DNA of 64,000 nt. It comes from Candidatus Omnitrophota bacterium. GTDB lineage: Bacteria; Hinthialibacterota; Hinthialibacteria; Hinthialibacterales; Hinthialibacteraceae. The stretch spans positions 41,695 through 105,694 of the forward strand of contig QZKN01000001.1 in assembly GCA_003598175.1 (NCBI GenBank), read 5' to 3'. The position numbers and the translations under genes were made by a program. This document shows, piece after piece, positions 9,712 to 20,603 of the stretch; positions within the stretch are counted from its first letter, which is position 1, and each line of letters begins with the position of its first letter. The notes under the pieces were generated by a model, which saw nothing but the letters and a program-made list of their open reading frames with translations, was not told the origin of the DNA and made no database searches.

Positions 9712-11370
9712 TCATAATTGTAGCAGAAAATGAGCGCCCACGACGAGTAGCAGAACGATTGCGCAGGCAACGAGAAAACCGACGACGGATTGACGATCCG
9801 GTTTTACGATCAAAAATCCGCCTTTATCGAACCATCGTTGGTGCGGTGGAAGGGCTTCGCTTAAGGGTAAATTCAAGTTTTCCTCTTGTCCGATGGGAGT
9901 ATGAATTTTTACGAAGAAACGCTCGATGCGGTCCGTTTTCAGCGGTTGCGTCAGCAGACTCGCCAGCCAGCCACTGATGACGCCGGCGGGAAGAAAACAG
10001 GCGGTTTGATAGGCAATGGCAGGAGCGGTTCCAAAAATGGAGGTGGGAAACATGTGAAACTTGGCAAAATATAGAGTGATCGTCGCTACGGTAAAACTGA
10101 CAAACACACCGACCGTATTCATTCGCCTCCACAAAATTCCCATCCAGAAGGAAATCCCGATCGAGGCGGTCAGCTGGAAGAAGGTAAATGCGCCTTCCAG
10201 AACGGTTGGAAAAGCGGACGAAAAATACAAGGCGATGATCACGATGAAGAAACTGACGACACGCCCCACCGTGAGGTAATGGGTTTCTTCACGATCGCGG
10301 CGGATGTGATTGCGGTAGACATTTTCCGTAATCAAAGCGGAGGTGGCCACCATCAATACGTCGCAGGATGACATGACGGCGGCCATGATACTGGCCAGCA
10401 TGATTCCCCGCAATCCGATCGGCAGCAAATCGGCGACGGCGAAGCCGAATGCGCGCTCCGACTCGCCGGATGGAAGATCGGGGTACATGACGATGGCGCA
10501 CACGCCGATCAGCGCCCAGCCCAGCGTGCAAATACGTTTCAAAAAATTGCCGTACGTCATCCCCACGCGCCCTTCCCATTCGGTTTTCCCCGCCGAGGTG
10601 GAAGCCATCACCTGCGATTGCGCGACGATGCCGACCATGGCGTTCAACGAAAGCAAGGCGATGACAGGAATGGTGATGGCGTGCGAGGAAACGAGGTGCA
10701 AGGCGGCGGGAGAAGCGTGGATGCGAATCCCTTCCAATCCACCGACCGTCCACAATGCGAAAGGAACCATCAGAAACGACAAAAAAATAATAAAAATACC
10801 TTGAATCAGATCGGTGATAACGGCGGCGACCAATCCGCCCGCCATGCCATAGATGATAAAAGAAAGAGTCATGATCCACACCGCCGCGCTTTGCGAAATC
10901 GCGCCGCCGGTCATCGAGGAAATCACCAACCCGGTTCCCTGCAGCATCACGCCGATGTTGATGGTCATCGACACGGCGCTGACGATCACGAACAGCAGCG
11001 CCGCTTCCGATCCATAGCGATCCCGATACACGTCGGCGGTGGTGAGACAGCGGCTGCGGCGAAATACCGGCGCGAGCAGCCAATAGAACGGCGTGGTGAA
11101 CATCCACTGCCATTGCACCCAAATGCCGGAAATGCCGTTGCGGTAACAAGCGCCGCTGACAGCGACCGCCTGATCGGTGTGCGTACCCGCGCCGAAGGAA
11201 TGGAAGATCATCAGCGCTTTCCCAAAGCGCCGCCCCGCCATAAAAAAATCCTCGCGCGTGCGAATGGTCGATTTGGTCGCCCAACCGACGAGGGTGATGC
11301 CCAAAAGGTAGAGACTGACAGTGAGCCAATCCACCGGATGAAGACCAAGAACGTGAGCGGTTTCACTCAT
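9712..11370 (-). CDS. Sodium:solute symporter family protein
   Basis: DFFMAGRRF, GGL.A...TD.IQ and multiple TM helices. Confidence 0.9.
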   Translation of the reverse strand: MSETAHVLGLHPVDWLTVSLYLLGITLVGWATKSTIRTREDFFMAGRRFGKALMIFHSFGAGTHTDQAVAVSGACYRNGISGIWVQWQWMFTTPFYWLLAPVFRRSRCLTTADVYRDRYGSEAALLFVIVSAVSMTINIGVMLQGTGLVISSMTGGAISQSAAVWIMTLSFIIYGMAGGLVAAVITDLIQGIFIIFLSFLMVPFALWTVGGLEGIRIHASPAALHLVSSHAITIPVIALLSLNAMVGIVAQSQVMASTSAGKTEWEGRVGMTYGNFLKRICTLGWALIGVCAIVMYPDLPSGESERAFGFAVADLLPIGLRGIMLASIMAAVMSSCDVLMVATSALITENVYRNHIRRDREETHYLTVGRVVSFFIVIIALYFSSAFPTVLEGAFTFFQLTASIGISFWMGILWRRMNTVGVFVSFTVATITLYFAKFHMFPTSIFGTAPAIAYQTACFLPAGVISGWLASLLTQPLKTDRIERFFVKIHTPIGQEENLNLPLSEALPPHQRWFDKGGFLIVKPDRQSVVGFLVACAIVLLLVVGAHFLLQL

Positions 11371-11445
11371 GTAAAATTAAATCCTTAAATTTTAAATCCC
11401 ATTGACTTCAGCCGCAGTCATTATGTAATGATTCATATAAAATTT

Positions 11446-12453
11446 TTAACGGATCGTCACCATCGCGGAGAAATCCGAATAGACCTTATTGAAATCGGGC
11501 GTTCCATCTTCGTTTGCGCAATAGATAAACACGCCAAAACCAAGCCGAAACGGTTGATTCGGCTCGATAACGATCTGACTGTTTTCCCGTTTCGTAAACG
11601 CATTGCGTCCGAACGGATTGGCGACGAGCAGACCATAATCGCGTGCGTGAAACCAGGATTTGCGGAAGTTGCGCGGCGACGCCAGCAGCGCGACGCCCAC
11701 GCGGACGCCGGCGATGATCCCGCTGTAATCACACCAATCGGCTGGTTGTCCCCACACCTGCGATTCGTTTTGCTGCCCGTTGCTGTTGCAAATGGTTCCG
11801 CCGCTCTTTACGCTGACCGGCGTTGCCACTCGCACACCCAATCCCATTTCTTCCTGATCGCCGAAGAGGAATGGTTGAATGGGAGACGAAAATTCCGATT
11901 GGATTATCAATAAATATCCATCTGGCTGCACCACGATGGTGTAATGGCATCGTTCCTCGCAGATGATTGCACCGTCGGAGTCCGGATAATGATTAAGAAC
12001 GCCGAACTCAGCGCAACCGGCGGCGTTTTCCGGCTCTTTTTCGAAGCGGATGTGTTTTGTTCGCGCTTGATTTCGCCAATAATCGTTGCCGCTGATGTCG
12101 CCGAAACTCATCCACAAGCCGGGATGATAGGTGGCATGGTCGGTGGGATCGACGCCTTCAAGCGGAGGATGATTGCGGGTGATCGGAATACCGCCGGGAG
12201 TGTGAAGATCGCAGAAATAGGGGCGAGGAATGTCCTCATCCTCAAAAACATAGTTGGCGAATCGTTGATCATCGATCCGAATTTCAATCGCGTGTTCGCT
12301 TTTTAGAAACGATATGGTTGCGATATTTTTGTTATGGTTCTCCACGTTTTTTGATGGAGCTTCACGAGTCGTTGCGAGGAGAAAATGCAAGAGAAAAAGA
12401 ATGATCCAAACATTTCTTGCGCAAATGAATTTTTGCTTGGCGATATTGTTCAT
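11446..12453 (-). CDS. PmoA-like family (DUF6807) secreted protein
   Basis: RPYF, DHATYHPGLW, E.GLGVR, WHARDYGL...NPFG motifs. Confidence 0.75.
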   Translation of the reverse strand: MNNIAKQKFICARNVWIILFLLHFLLATTREAPSKNVENHNKNIATISFLKSEHAIEIRIDDQRFANYVFEDEDIPRPYFCDLHTPGGIPITRNHPPLEGVDPTDHATYHPGLWMSFGDISGNDYWRNQARTKHIRFEKEPENAAGCAEFGVLNHYPDSDGAIICEERCHYTIVVQPDGYLLIIQSEFSSPIQPFLFGDQEEMGLGVRVATPVSVKSGGTICNSNGQQNESQVWGQPADWCDYSGIIAGVRVGVALLASPRNFRKSWFHARDYGLLVANPFGRNAFTKRENSQIVIEPNQPFRLGFGVFIYCANEDGTPDFNKVYSDFSAMVTIR

Positions 12454-12467
12454 TGCGTTTACTCCGG

Positions 12468-13475
12468 TTAGGATTCCATCCATGCTTCATATGCGGCGAT
12501 CGCGTTTTCTTGCGGAACATCCAGTCCCCATTCGAATTGCGCGATCACTCCGCCCGCGCCGTCGTCCAATGCGGCGCGGATCCGCCGAACGGCCTTTTTT
12601 ACATCATTAATAGTACCGAAAGGAAGAATGTGCTGGCGGTCCAACTCGCCCCAAAACGTGATTTTGCCTTTGTACTTGTTCGCCAGATTTTCGATGTTCA
12701 TGCAAAACAATTGCGAATTCAACGCGTCCACTCCGATTTCGATCAAATCCGGGAGAATCGGTTCGATAAAGCCGTCGGAATGCATAAATACCCGCTTTTG
12801 GGCGCGGCGAAGAATCGCGGCATATTCCGCATACAGCGGTTTGAAGAATTCGCGAAACAATGTGGGCGAAATCAATAAACTTGTCTGCGTTCCCCAATCG
12901 TCGAGGAAACAGACGCCGTCGACCGTTGTGTTAGCCCACAATTCGATTTCCCGGCAAAAATAATCGTGCACCATTTCACGCAAACGATCCAGTTCACGCG
13001 CGCCATAGCCAAAATCGAGAAACAGATTCTGAACGCCGCGCAACGCCTGCATGCGCTCGAATGGTTTGACGTTGGTTCCGGCCAGAACAAACTGCCCGGA
13101 TTGTTCACAAAAACGATTTACGTCCGTTAGATCGGCGTGGTTCAACACTTCAAACGGCGGTTGAAACGTTGCCAGCGACGCCCAGTCGGCCAGCGGAGGA
13201 GAAACGACTTCCCCAATCACGCCGTTTTGCGCCACTTTCCACACACAGCCCCATTCATCGCTGTATTCGCCCACGCGGCTGTACTCGCCCCGCTCGCGAT
13301 CACCTTTTCCATAGTGAAAAGGAGGAGAGGCAATATCGAGCGGGAAGCGCGCCGTCACGTCTCGCACTTCGTCAGCGCGATACCAATCCATGCCGGGCAG
13401 TCGCCACAAATCGCGCGGCGCTCGATCCGGTCCGGTGAAATCCAATGCGCGGATAACTCGCTCTCGCGACTTCAT
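12468..13475 (-). CDS. Uroporphyrinogen decarboxylase/cobalamin-methyltransferase-like protein
   Basis: DEWGCVW, DDWGTQ..LLISP..FR and MHSDG motifs, KITFWGELDRQ. Confidence 0.8.
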   Translation of the reverse strand: MKSRERVIRALDFTGPDRAPRDLWRLPGMDWYRADEVRDVTARFPLDIASPPFHYGKGDRERGEYSRVGEYSDEWGCVWKVAQNGVIGEVVSPPLADWASLATFQPPFEVLNHADLTDVNRFCEQSGQFVLAGTNVKPFERMQALRGVQNLFLDFGYGARELDRLREMVHDYFCREIELWANTTVDGVCFLDDWGTQTSLLISPTLFREFFKPLYAEYAAILRRAQKRVFMHSDGFIEPILPDLIEIGVDALNSQLFCMNIENLANKYKGKITFWGELDRQHILPFGTINDVKKAVRRIRAALDDGAGGVIAQFEWGLDVPQENAIAAYEAWMES

Positions 13476-13478
13476 TTT

Positions 13479-14732
13479 TTATACAATCTCCCGTCGGATC
13501 GGATCGAACCGCACTCGGCGGCCTTCATCGCAGGCTCGATGCGCCATGATCGACGCTGCCGATTGCGCGTAGCCGACGTGGACGTCCGCATTCGGTTTTT
13601 CTCCGCTGCGTATGCAGGTAAGCCAGTTTTCGATATGCGGCATGGCGTCGCTCCAATCGGGATACTTGTTTTGATTTTCGATCGTGATCGGTTCCCGGAT
13701 CGCGCCGTTGCCTCCGCCCGCGCCGCTAGCGGTCAACGTGGCGGTGTCGAACGTTCCTTTTGTGCCGCGAATCTGCACTTCGGTTCCGCCCGCCGAGTTG
13801 CCCAAGCGCGAAGTAAATTGCAGCATAAATCCTTTCGGGAACAGGAACGTACTTTCCATCGTGTCGTAATGCTCGCGTTTTTCCTTCCACACCAGCACGC
13901 CGCCGGTTCCACTGGCGCTTTCGGGCAGCGGATCGTCCAGAAACCACGGACCGACGTCGATCACATGGGTTCCGAGCAGGCCCGCAAGGCCGATGGTGTA
14001 ATCGCGGTACAAATGCCAGCAGCGATAACGGCAGGGATCGAATTCGCGCATGGGCAGGAACATTAAAAACTGTTCCCAATCGATGTCTTCCTTACGAACG
14101 TCGGAAAAATCGCGCAGCCAGCTGGCGGTGCAGCGGTTGTATTGCGCATCCACTTCCGTGATCAAGCCGAGAATGCCGGAGCGAACCAATTCCACCGCTT
14201 TTTGATGGGGAACGTGGCTACGACGTTGGGTTCCGATCTGGCAAATTACCTTTTTCGCTTCCACTGCATCCACGGCGGCATTTGCGTCGGCCATGTTGCT
14301 CGCCATCGGTTTTTCGCAATACGCATGTTTTCCCGCCAACGCCGCTTCCGTCAAAATCCGCGCGTGAGCGAAATCCGGCGCGGCGATCATGACCGCATCC
14401 ACATCCTTCCATGCTAGAATCTCACGGTATCGCTGATGCATGATCGGTTCTTTGGCGGATTGCCGGCGAATGGATGCGGCGGTTCTTTGCAGTTGCGTTT
14501 TCGAGACGTCGCAGATTGCCGTCACTTCGACGTTGCAGGTCTCGCCGAGACGATGAATCGTGTCATTCAAATAATTGCCCCGTCCGCCGCAGCCGATTAC
14601 GGCGACGTGGATGCGATCATTTGCTCCCCATATACGGGATGGACTGAATGATTTCGAAACAGCAAGGATTCCGGCCGTTCCGCTTATTATTTTCTTCAAA
14701 AATGCGCGTCGATCGGGAAGGTGTTCATGCAT
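13479..14732 (-). CDS. Gfo/Idh/MocA oxidoreductase with Tat signal
   Basis: DRRAFLK leader, IGCGGRG, YCEKP and QIGTQRRS. Confidence 0.9.
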   Translation of the reverse strand: MHEHLPDRRAFLKKIISGTAGILAVSKSFSPSRIWGANDRIHVAVIGCGGRGNYLNDTIHRLGETCNVEVTAICDVSKTQLQRTAASIRRQSAKEPIMHQRYREILAWKDVDAVMIAAPDFAHARILTEAALAGKHAYCEKPMASNMADANAAVDAVEAKKVICQIGTQRRSHVPHQKAVELVRSGILGLITEVDAQYNRCTASWLRDFSDVRKEDIDWEQFLMFLPMREFDPCRYRCWHLYRDYTIGLAGLLGTHVIDVGPWFLDDPLPESASGTGGVLVWKEKREHYDTMESTFLFPKGFMLQFTSRLGNSAGGTEVQIRGTKGTFDTATLTASGAGGGNGAIREPITIENQNKYPDWSDAMPHIENWLTCIRSGEKPNADVHVGYAQSAASIMAHRACDEGRRVRFDPIRREIV

Positions 14733-14927
14733 GATCCATTTTCTCCTTTTTCATTGATTTATTTTATAAGTAATCAAATGAACTCCATAAAAGATTGACC
14801 GGCAATGACGTGTTCGCGGCCTCCTGAAATCACCGCCCCAGGTACGATTCGCGGAAATACCCAATTGCACTGCCGGTTGATGCAAACGAGTATTGATTTC
14901 CACTTTCACGTCTCGTGTCGGAAGATT

Positions 14928-16151
14928 TCAAAGTGTATGACTCGCGGAGGAACGCTCCTGTATTTTTCGATACGCCTCTTTCATGGTCTTGGACAATTTA
15001 TCGATGTCGACGGGTTTTTGCAGATAGGCGAAGGCGCCTAACTCTTCCGCAAGAATTTGATCCTTTTCCGTGCCGTGGCCGGTCAGGATGATCACTTCGA
15101 TGTGGGGATGATCTTGTTTCAATTGCCGCAGAACGTCGATGCCGTGAATGCCGGGCATCATGAGGTCGAGAATGACCACGTCCGGTTCCTCGTTCTGCAC
15201 GAAATGCAACGCCTGTTCGCCGTCGTACACCACCTGTGATTGGATGTTGCGCATTTGCAGGCGTTCCGAGAGGGTCAGCACGAACTCTTTTTCGTCGTCG
15301 ACCAGCAGAACTTTGGGATGAACGTCGAAATCATACTTATCGGCGGGGGATTGATCATAACCGGGTTCGGTGCGGATTTCCACGGTCTTCACTCCTGCGA
15401 CGGCGGCGGCGAGTTCGTTCACCTTCTTTTGCAAACGGTCCCATCGCCATTTGTATTTAGTGATCGTGATGGTCACGTTGCCCTGCCGGCACGTGATATC
15501 GAAATCATATCCTTTCTCGACCAGCGCAACGTTGACCTGCGCGGCGAGAACGAAATCATCCATTACCTGTTTCACGTCGTCCGCCAGATGCAAATGCAAT
15601 TTTTTCTCGTTTTCACAAATCATGCGCGCGGCGTCATCGACGGAAATTTCGTGAACGGGAATTTTGATGTCGTATAGTTTTTTATCCCACGGCCCGAGAC
15701 GGTGCAGATATTGACTCCAACGGCATCGCTCGATGTCATCGTTCTCGATGATACGGGACGCCTTGCTTTCGCTGACCTGCAAATCGGAAACGGCCGTTTG
15801 CACGCGAAAATCCCGATCGGCGACAATACAGACGCGCAGGATGTGTTTCAGCTCGGGCGGCAGCAACAATCCGGCGAAACCGTGATACACGATATTGCCG
15901 TTCCTCAGATATTCCGCCAAGCCGGCTTTGAGATAAGCCACGCCGCGCTCCCGTTCACGCGTAACGTTGTTGAACAGAGAGGGGGAGCTGTGCATGACGC
16001 GCGCCAGTTTTTCCACCGGAAAGGGAAAACGGCGAGACGTCGCCTCAAGCAACTCCTGCCCGGCGTATTCAAATTGAAGCGTGCGAGCGACTTTCGCCGC
16101 GATTTCGTCGCCGCGGCAAAACGAGCCGCTGAAAATGGTAATCACGGACAT
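14928..16151 (-). CDS. Cytidylate-kinase-like domain fused to a C-terminal response regulator receiver
   Basis: N-terminal CMK-like fold with a degenerate P-loop. C-terminal VLLVDDE, ILDLMMPG, ILTGHG and YLQKP. Confidence 0.8.
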   Translation of the reverse strand: MSVITIFSGSFCRGDEIAAKVARTLQFEYAGQELLEATSRRFPFPVEKLARVMHSSPSLFNNVTRERERGVAYLKAGLAEYLRNGNIVYHGFAGLLLPPELKHILRVCIVADRDFRVQTAVSDLQVSESKASRIIENDDIERCRWSQYLHRLGPWDKKLYDIKIPVHEISVDDAARMICENEKKLHLHLADDVKQVMDDFVLAAQVNVALVEKGYDFDITCRQGNVTITITKYKWRWDRLQKKVNELAAAVAGVKTVEIRTEPGYDQSPADKYDFDVHPKVLLVDDEKEFVLTLSERLQMRNIQSQVVYDGEQALHFVQNEEPDVVILDLMMPGIHGIDVLRQLKQDHPHIEVIILTGHGTEKDQILAEELGAFAYLQKPVDIDKLSKTMKEAYRKIQERSSASHTL

Positions 16152-16460
16152 CCATCCTACCTCCGAACCGAATACGGCGTATGTTACGCCAGTTTACCAC
16201 AGTTCGAGGTGGTTTGGGCAGGTTTGTGATGGGGAAATCGGTGGAAACGATGAGGGGTGTTTATTGATGGGATCGTATCCTGGAAGCAAACAAATCCCAA
16301 CCTTTCAAGGCTGGAAATGAACGGGCAGAAATAAAACCTGTCATCCGCAAAGTTAAAAAATGAAACACGGTGAAAAATCCTCTCTGCATGAAGAGAAAAG
16401 TGCGCCTTTCGCCTGGCAGCCAATAAAAATTGCCACTACAGTGAACCAACCTCCGGATCA

Positions 16461-16469
16461 TGGTATAAT
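16461..16469 (+). promoter_or_regulatory. Extended -10 promoter upstream of hicB-uvrB
   Basis: TGGTATAAT (TGn plus TATAAT). Confidence 0.55.
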
Positions 16470-16506
16470 ACGATTCACAAAAAAAAACGAAACACACGGA
16501 GTTCTG

Positions 16507-16695
16507 ATGCAAATGAGCAAATTAACCATGATTTATTGGAAAGAGGAAAAATTCTGGCTGGGTAAAATTCTCGAACGTCCGGAAATCATGACGCAAGGCG
16601 AAACTCTTGAGGAACTCGAGGCAAACCTGAAAGAAGCTTATCAATTAATGATTATGGATGATGTTCCGGCAAATTTCGGATCCACGGTTTTGTAA
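16507..16695 (+). CDS. HicB-family antitoxin, orphan
   Basis: [19 protein letters not shown] pattern. No hicA neighbour. Ends 2 nt before uvrB. Confidence 0.7.
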   Translation: MQMSKLTMIYWKEEKFWLGKILERPEIMTQGETLEELEANLKEAYQLMIMDDVPANFGSTVL

Positions 16696-16697
16696 TC

Positions 16698-18815
16698 ATG
16701 GTCATGCGCATGAACAAACTCGTCGCGATGACGGAAAGCGCCGAACGTCGCGACGCAGGTATAAAAGACATCCCCTTCAAACTGGTCGCCGAGTACGAGC
16801 CGAAAGGCGATCAGCCGGAAGCCATCGAAAAACTCGTACAAGGTCTGCAGGACAAGAAAAAACTGCAAACCCTCGTCGGCGTCACCGGCAGCGGCAAGAC
16901 TTTCACCATGGCCAACGTCATCGCGCAGATCAACAAGCCGACGCTGGTCATTTCGCACAACAAAGTCCTGGCGGCGCAGCTGTACAGCGAATTCAAGGAA
17001 TTTTTCCCCGAAAACGCCGTCGGCTATTTCGTTTCCTATTACGACTTTTATCAACCGGAAGCGTACGTGCCGACGAAAGACCTCTATATCGAAAAAGAAG
17101 TGACCATCAACGACGAAATCGAGCGGCTGCGGCTGGCCGCCACCACGAATTTGATGGAACGGCGCGACGTGATCATCGTGGCGTCGGTGTCCTGCATTTA
17201 CGGTTTGGGCTCGCCGGAGGATTACCGTGAAATGATCCTTCCCATCGCCGTCGGCGAAACCATCCCGCGGCAAAAACTACTGCGTCGGCTCGTCGATCTG
17301 CAATACCACCGCAACGACATGGATTTTCAGCACGGAACCTTCCGCGTGCGCGGCGACGTGGTCGAAGTGTTTCCCGGCTACGGCGACCATCCCTTCCGCA
17401 TCGAGTTATGGGGAGACGATATCGACCGCATTCTTGAATTCAATCCCCTCACCGGCGAGGTCTTCGGCGAACACGGACGTATCACCATTTACCCCGCGCG
17501 GCATTACGTCACCGCCCCGCAGCGCCTGCAGCGCGCCATTCAAACCGTGCAGGAAGAATTGCGCGAACGCCTGCAAACGTTGCGCAGGGAAAACAAACTG
17601 GTCGAAGCGCAGCGGCTCGAACAACGCACGATGTACGACATCGAAATGATGCGCGAAACCGGCATGTGCCAGGGCATCGAAAATTACTCCCGCCATCTCG
17701 ACGCCCGCGATCCGGGCATGCCGCCCAACACGCTGATCGATTACTTTCCCGACGATTTCCTGCTGATCGTGGATGAATCCCACATCATGCTGCCGCAGGT
17801 GCGCGGCATGTACGGCGGCGACCAGAGCCGCAAGCGCACGCTGGTGGAATACGGCTTCCGCCTGCCCTCCGCGATGGACAACCGCCCGTTCTCGTTCGAG
17901 GAGTTTTGGAACAGCATCAATCAGGCCGTCTTTGTTTCCGCCACGCCCGGCGATCTCGAACTGGAAAAATGCGATCAAAAGGTCGAGCAACTGATCCGCC
18001 CGACCGGCCTCGTCGATCCGAAAATCATCATTCGCCCCGCCACCGGCCAGGTCGATGATCTCATCGGTAAAATCCGTGAACGCATCGCCCGCGGTGAGCG
18101 TTGCCTGGTCACCACCCTCACCAAACGCATGGCAGAGGAACTCTCCGAATTTTTGATGGATCTGGGCATCAAAGTTCATTATCTCCATTTTCAAGTCGAC
18201 ACGATCGAGCGGGTCGAAATCCTCGAAGGCCTGCGGTCGGGCGAATTCGATGTCATCGTCGGCGTCAACCTGCTGCGCGAAGGATTGGATTTGCCCGAAG
18301 TCTCCCTGGTCGCGATCATGGATGCGGATAAGGAAGGATTTCTGCGCGACGAAAGGTCGCTCATTCAAACCTGTGGACGCGCCGCGCGCAACGTGGCGGG
18401 CGAAGTGGTCATGTACGCGGACAAATCCACCAAATCCATGCAGCGCGCCATCGCCGAAATGGAACGCCGCCGCCGCGTTCAGCTTGACTATAACGAAAAG
18501 CATGGAATCATTCCTAAAACCATTCAAAAAGCGGTCCGTTCCATCCTCGAAACGCGTTCCACGAAGAAGAAGGAAACGGAAGAATTGCTCTTCAAAATCG
18601 CGGACGCGATCGATATAAAAGGAAAAAGCAAAAAAGACGCCATTTCCGAATTGAAGCGGCGCATGGTGGAAGCAGCGAAAAATCTCGAATTTGAAAAGGC
18701 GGCGGTTTATCGTGACAAAATCATCGAACTCGAACAGACCGGTATGCGGCAAGGCGAAACGGCGCTCCCGCCTTCTTCCCAAAAACGCGCGCCGAGATCC
18801 CGCAAACGCAATTAA
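16698..18815 (+). CDS. uvrB: Excinuclease ABC subunit B
   Basis: [33 protein letters not shown] and C-terminal UVR coil. Confidence 0.98.
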   Translation: MVMRMNKLVAMTESAERRDAGIKDIPFKLVAEYEPKGDQPEAIEKLVQGLQDKKKLQTLVGVTGSGKTFTMANVIAQINKPTLVISHNKVLAAQLYSEFKEFFPENAVGYFVSYYDFYQPEAYVPTKDLYIEKEVTINDEIERLRLAATTNLMERRDVIIVASVSCIYGLGSPEDYREMILPIAVGETIPRQKLLRRLVDLQYHRNDMDFQHGTFRVRGDVVEVFPGYGDHPFRIELWGDDIDRILEFNPLTGEVFGEHGRITIYPARHYVTAPQRLQRAIQTVQEELRERLQTLRRENKLVEAQRLEQRTMYDIEMMRETGMCQGIENYSRHLDARDPGMPPNTLIDYFPDDFLLIVDESHIMLPQVRGMYGGDQSRKRTLVEYGFRLPSAMDNRPFSFEEFWNSINQAVFVSATPGDLELEKCDQKVEQLIRPTGLVDPKIIIRPATGQVDDLIGKIRERIARGERCLVTTLTKRMAEELSEFLMDLGIKVHYLHFQVDTIERVEILEGLRSGEFDVIVGVNLLREGLDLPEVSLVAIMDADKEGFLRDERSLIQTCGRAARNVAGEVVMYADKSTKSMQRAIAEMERRRRVQLDYNEKHGIIPKTIQKAVRSILETRSTKKKETEELLFKIADAIDIKGKSKKDAISELKRRMVEAAKNLEFEKAAVYRDKIIELEQTGMRQGETALPPSSQKRAPRSRKRN

Positions 18816-20559
18816 ACTGTTCCTCCGAATTATATTTTTCTTTATTACATGTATAATTTTCACCAAGGGAACCGCTGTTGCCCAAATCAGCGAAACCCCA
18901 TACGCCGTGGCCGAAGTCAAAGTGGATATCCCTATTCCCGACGCGGATTCCATCGGCGTGAGTCACTCTCTCACGTTGCCCGGCTCAGCCATCCTGCAGG
19001 AATTGCAAGTCGCCGTAAAGATCGAGCACCCCGCCGTGGAGCAATTGGCCGTCTCCCTCACCTCTCCCGACGGCGCAACGGTTCTTTTGCATAACCGCAC
19101 CGTGTCCAACATGGTTCCCTTTTCCCCAATCTACGAAACACAAAACGCATCGGCGCAATCCCTTTCCACCTTTCTCGGCAAAAACGGTCAAGGCGCGTGG
19201 ACGCTGCGCATCGTCGATGCGGTCGGCGGCGCAACCGGCGTATTCGTCGGCTGGGGTCTGCGCGTCAATCCCGCTTCGCTGCTGACTCCGCCGCCGCCCG
19301 CGGCGCTGCCGTTGCATGCGGATTCCTTCGCCGAGATTTCTAGATGGAACGCGGAAATGGTGATCTCCAATATCGCCGTGGCGGATATGAACGGCGATCG
19401 CTGGGACGATCTGATTTTACTCTCGGAAATCGACGGACTGGTTTCGGTCTACCTTGCCAACGGGCAGGGGCAATTCAGCGCGCCGATGATGTATGACGTG
19501 GATCGTCCTCTCGCCATCGCCACGGCCGATTTCAACCGCGACAACCATCTCGACTTCGTCACCGCTTCCCAGATTCCCCAATTCCCGGTTTCCAATCTGG
19601 TCGTATTCCTTGCCAACACCTCCGGCGGGTACGATCTGACCTACATTTCCGATATCCCGACGAATGTGGACGCCATAACGGTCTTCGACGGCAATTACGA
19701 CGGCTATCTTGATATCGTTCTCGGCGGCGAGCCGCTCATTCTGATAGGAAACGGCGACGGCGCATTCCAATCCGCGCAGGTATTGATGTGGAACGGCCGT
19801 TCCTTATTAACCCACGGCGATCTCAATCGCGACGGCGCGGAAGATTTTTTGATACTCAAAACACGTGGAACCTCTCCCAACGCCAAGCCCTACCTTCTTT
19901 TTGGCAACGACGCACGAGAAAAAGAGCTTTCGCTGAACGGAACGCCCCTGCAATCATTCACGGCGAACCTGCACGAGGCGAATACAAACGAATTTGTCGT
20001 CGTCGCGGCTTCCGACACAAACGATTCGACGCTGTGGCTGACAATGATTTCCGGCTCGACCATCGAATCGATCGAAATCAATGCGATCCGACTACCTGAC
20101 ACGCTGCTCAACCTTCCCATTGCGCCTTACGACCTCAACAATGATGGTTTGACGGATTTGATCTTTCCCACGGAATCAGGAATTTCCGCCTTTCAGAGAA
20201 CCGACGATCCCAACGGCGGACTTTCCACTCAACTCGTTTCCATCGCTTCCCCGCTGATGGCCAAAGGCGGAAAATTCTTCGCGGACGGCGCCGTGGGATT
20301 GGTGATCGTAACCGCGTTGGAAGAGGTCATCCTCGCAAAAGCCGCGCACGGCGCGCATCCCACTCCTACACCGACATATCTCCCCGTCCCGTCGCCCACC
20401 CCGTTCCTTTTCCTAACACCGTCCCAACCCACAAATACCCCCACTCCCCTGCCCACAACACCGCCGACAGCTCGCACGCCCGACCTGAACAGTGACGGCA
20501 TCGTCGATCATTTGGATTTGCTCATCCTCATGCAGCATTGGGGAGAACGATATCCATAA
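18811..20559 (+). CDS. Secreted protein: proprotein-convertase P domain, FG-GAP/VCBS repeats, PT linker and dockerin-like tail (start uncertain)
   Basis: IEHP...L..PDG and GAWTLRI.D P-domain motifs, D(M/F/L)N.DG repeats, PTPTPT linker, [14 protein letters not shown] tail. The signal peptide begins at ATT 18811; the ORF track start is TTG 18691. Confidence 0.8.
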   Translation: MKLFLRIIFFFITCIIFTKGTAVAQISETPYAVAEVKVDIPIPDADSIGVSHSLTLPGSAILQELQVAVKIEHPAVEQLAVSLTSPDGATVLLHNRTVSNMVPFSPIYETQNASAQSLSTFLGKNGQGAWTLRIVDAVGGATGVFVGWGLRVNPASLLTPPPPAALPLHADSFAEISRWNAEMVISNIAVADMNGDRWDDLILLSEIDGLVSVYLANGQGQFSAPMMYDVDRPLAIATADFNRDNHLDFVTASQIPQFPVSNLVVFLANTSGGYDLTYISDIPTNVDAITVFDGNYDGYLDIVLGGEPLILIGNGDGAFQSAQVLMWNGRSLLTHGDLNRDGAEDFLILKTRGTSPNAKPYLLFGNDAREKELSLNGTPLQSFTANLHEANTNEFVVVAASDTNDSTLWLTMISGSTIESIEINAIRLPDTLLNLPIAPYDLNNDGLTDLIFPTESGISAFQRTDDPNGGLSTQLVSIASPLMAKGGKFFADGAVGLVIVTALEEVILAKAAHGAHPTPTPTYLPVPSPTPFLFLTPSQPTNTPTPLPTTPPTARTPDLNSDGIVDHLDLLILMQHWGERYP

Positions 20560-20603
20560 CCGGCAATACCCCATCGTTCCCCCCACGATATAAAGAGAAA
20601 CGC

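Noticed and set aside
17406-18953. Long antisense ORFs over uvrB and other genes (e.g. 10289..11329, 26300..27463, 47779..48792)
   Set aside because: These are shadow ORFs expected in GC-rich coding DNA. The opposite or alternative frame has the recognisable protein.
20360-20480. PT-rich quasi-repeat
   Set aside because: It is explained as the Pro/Thr linker of the FG-GAP protein.
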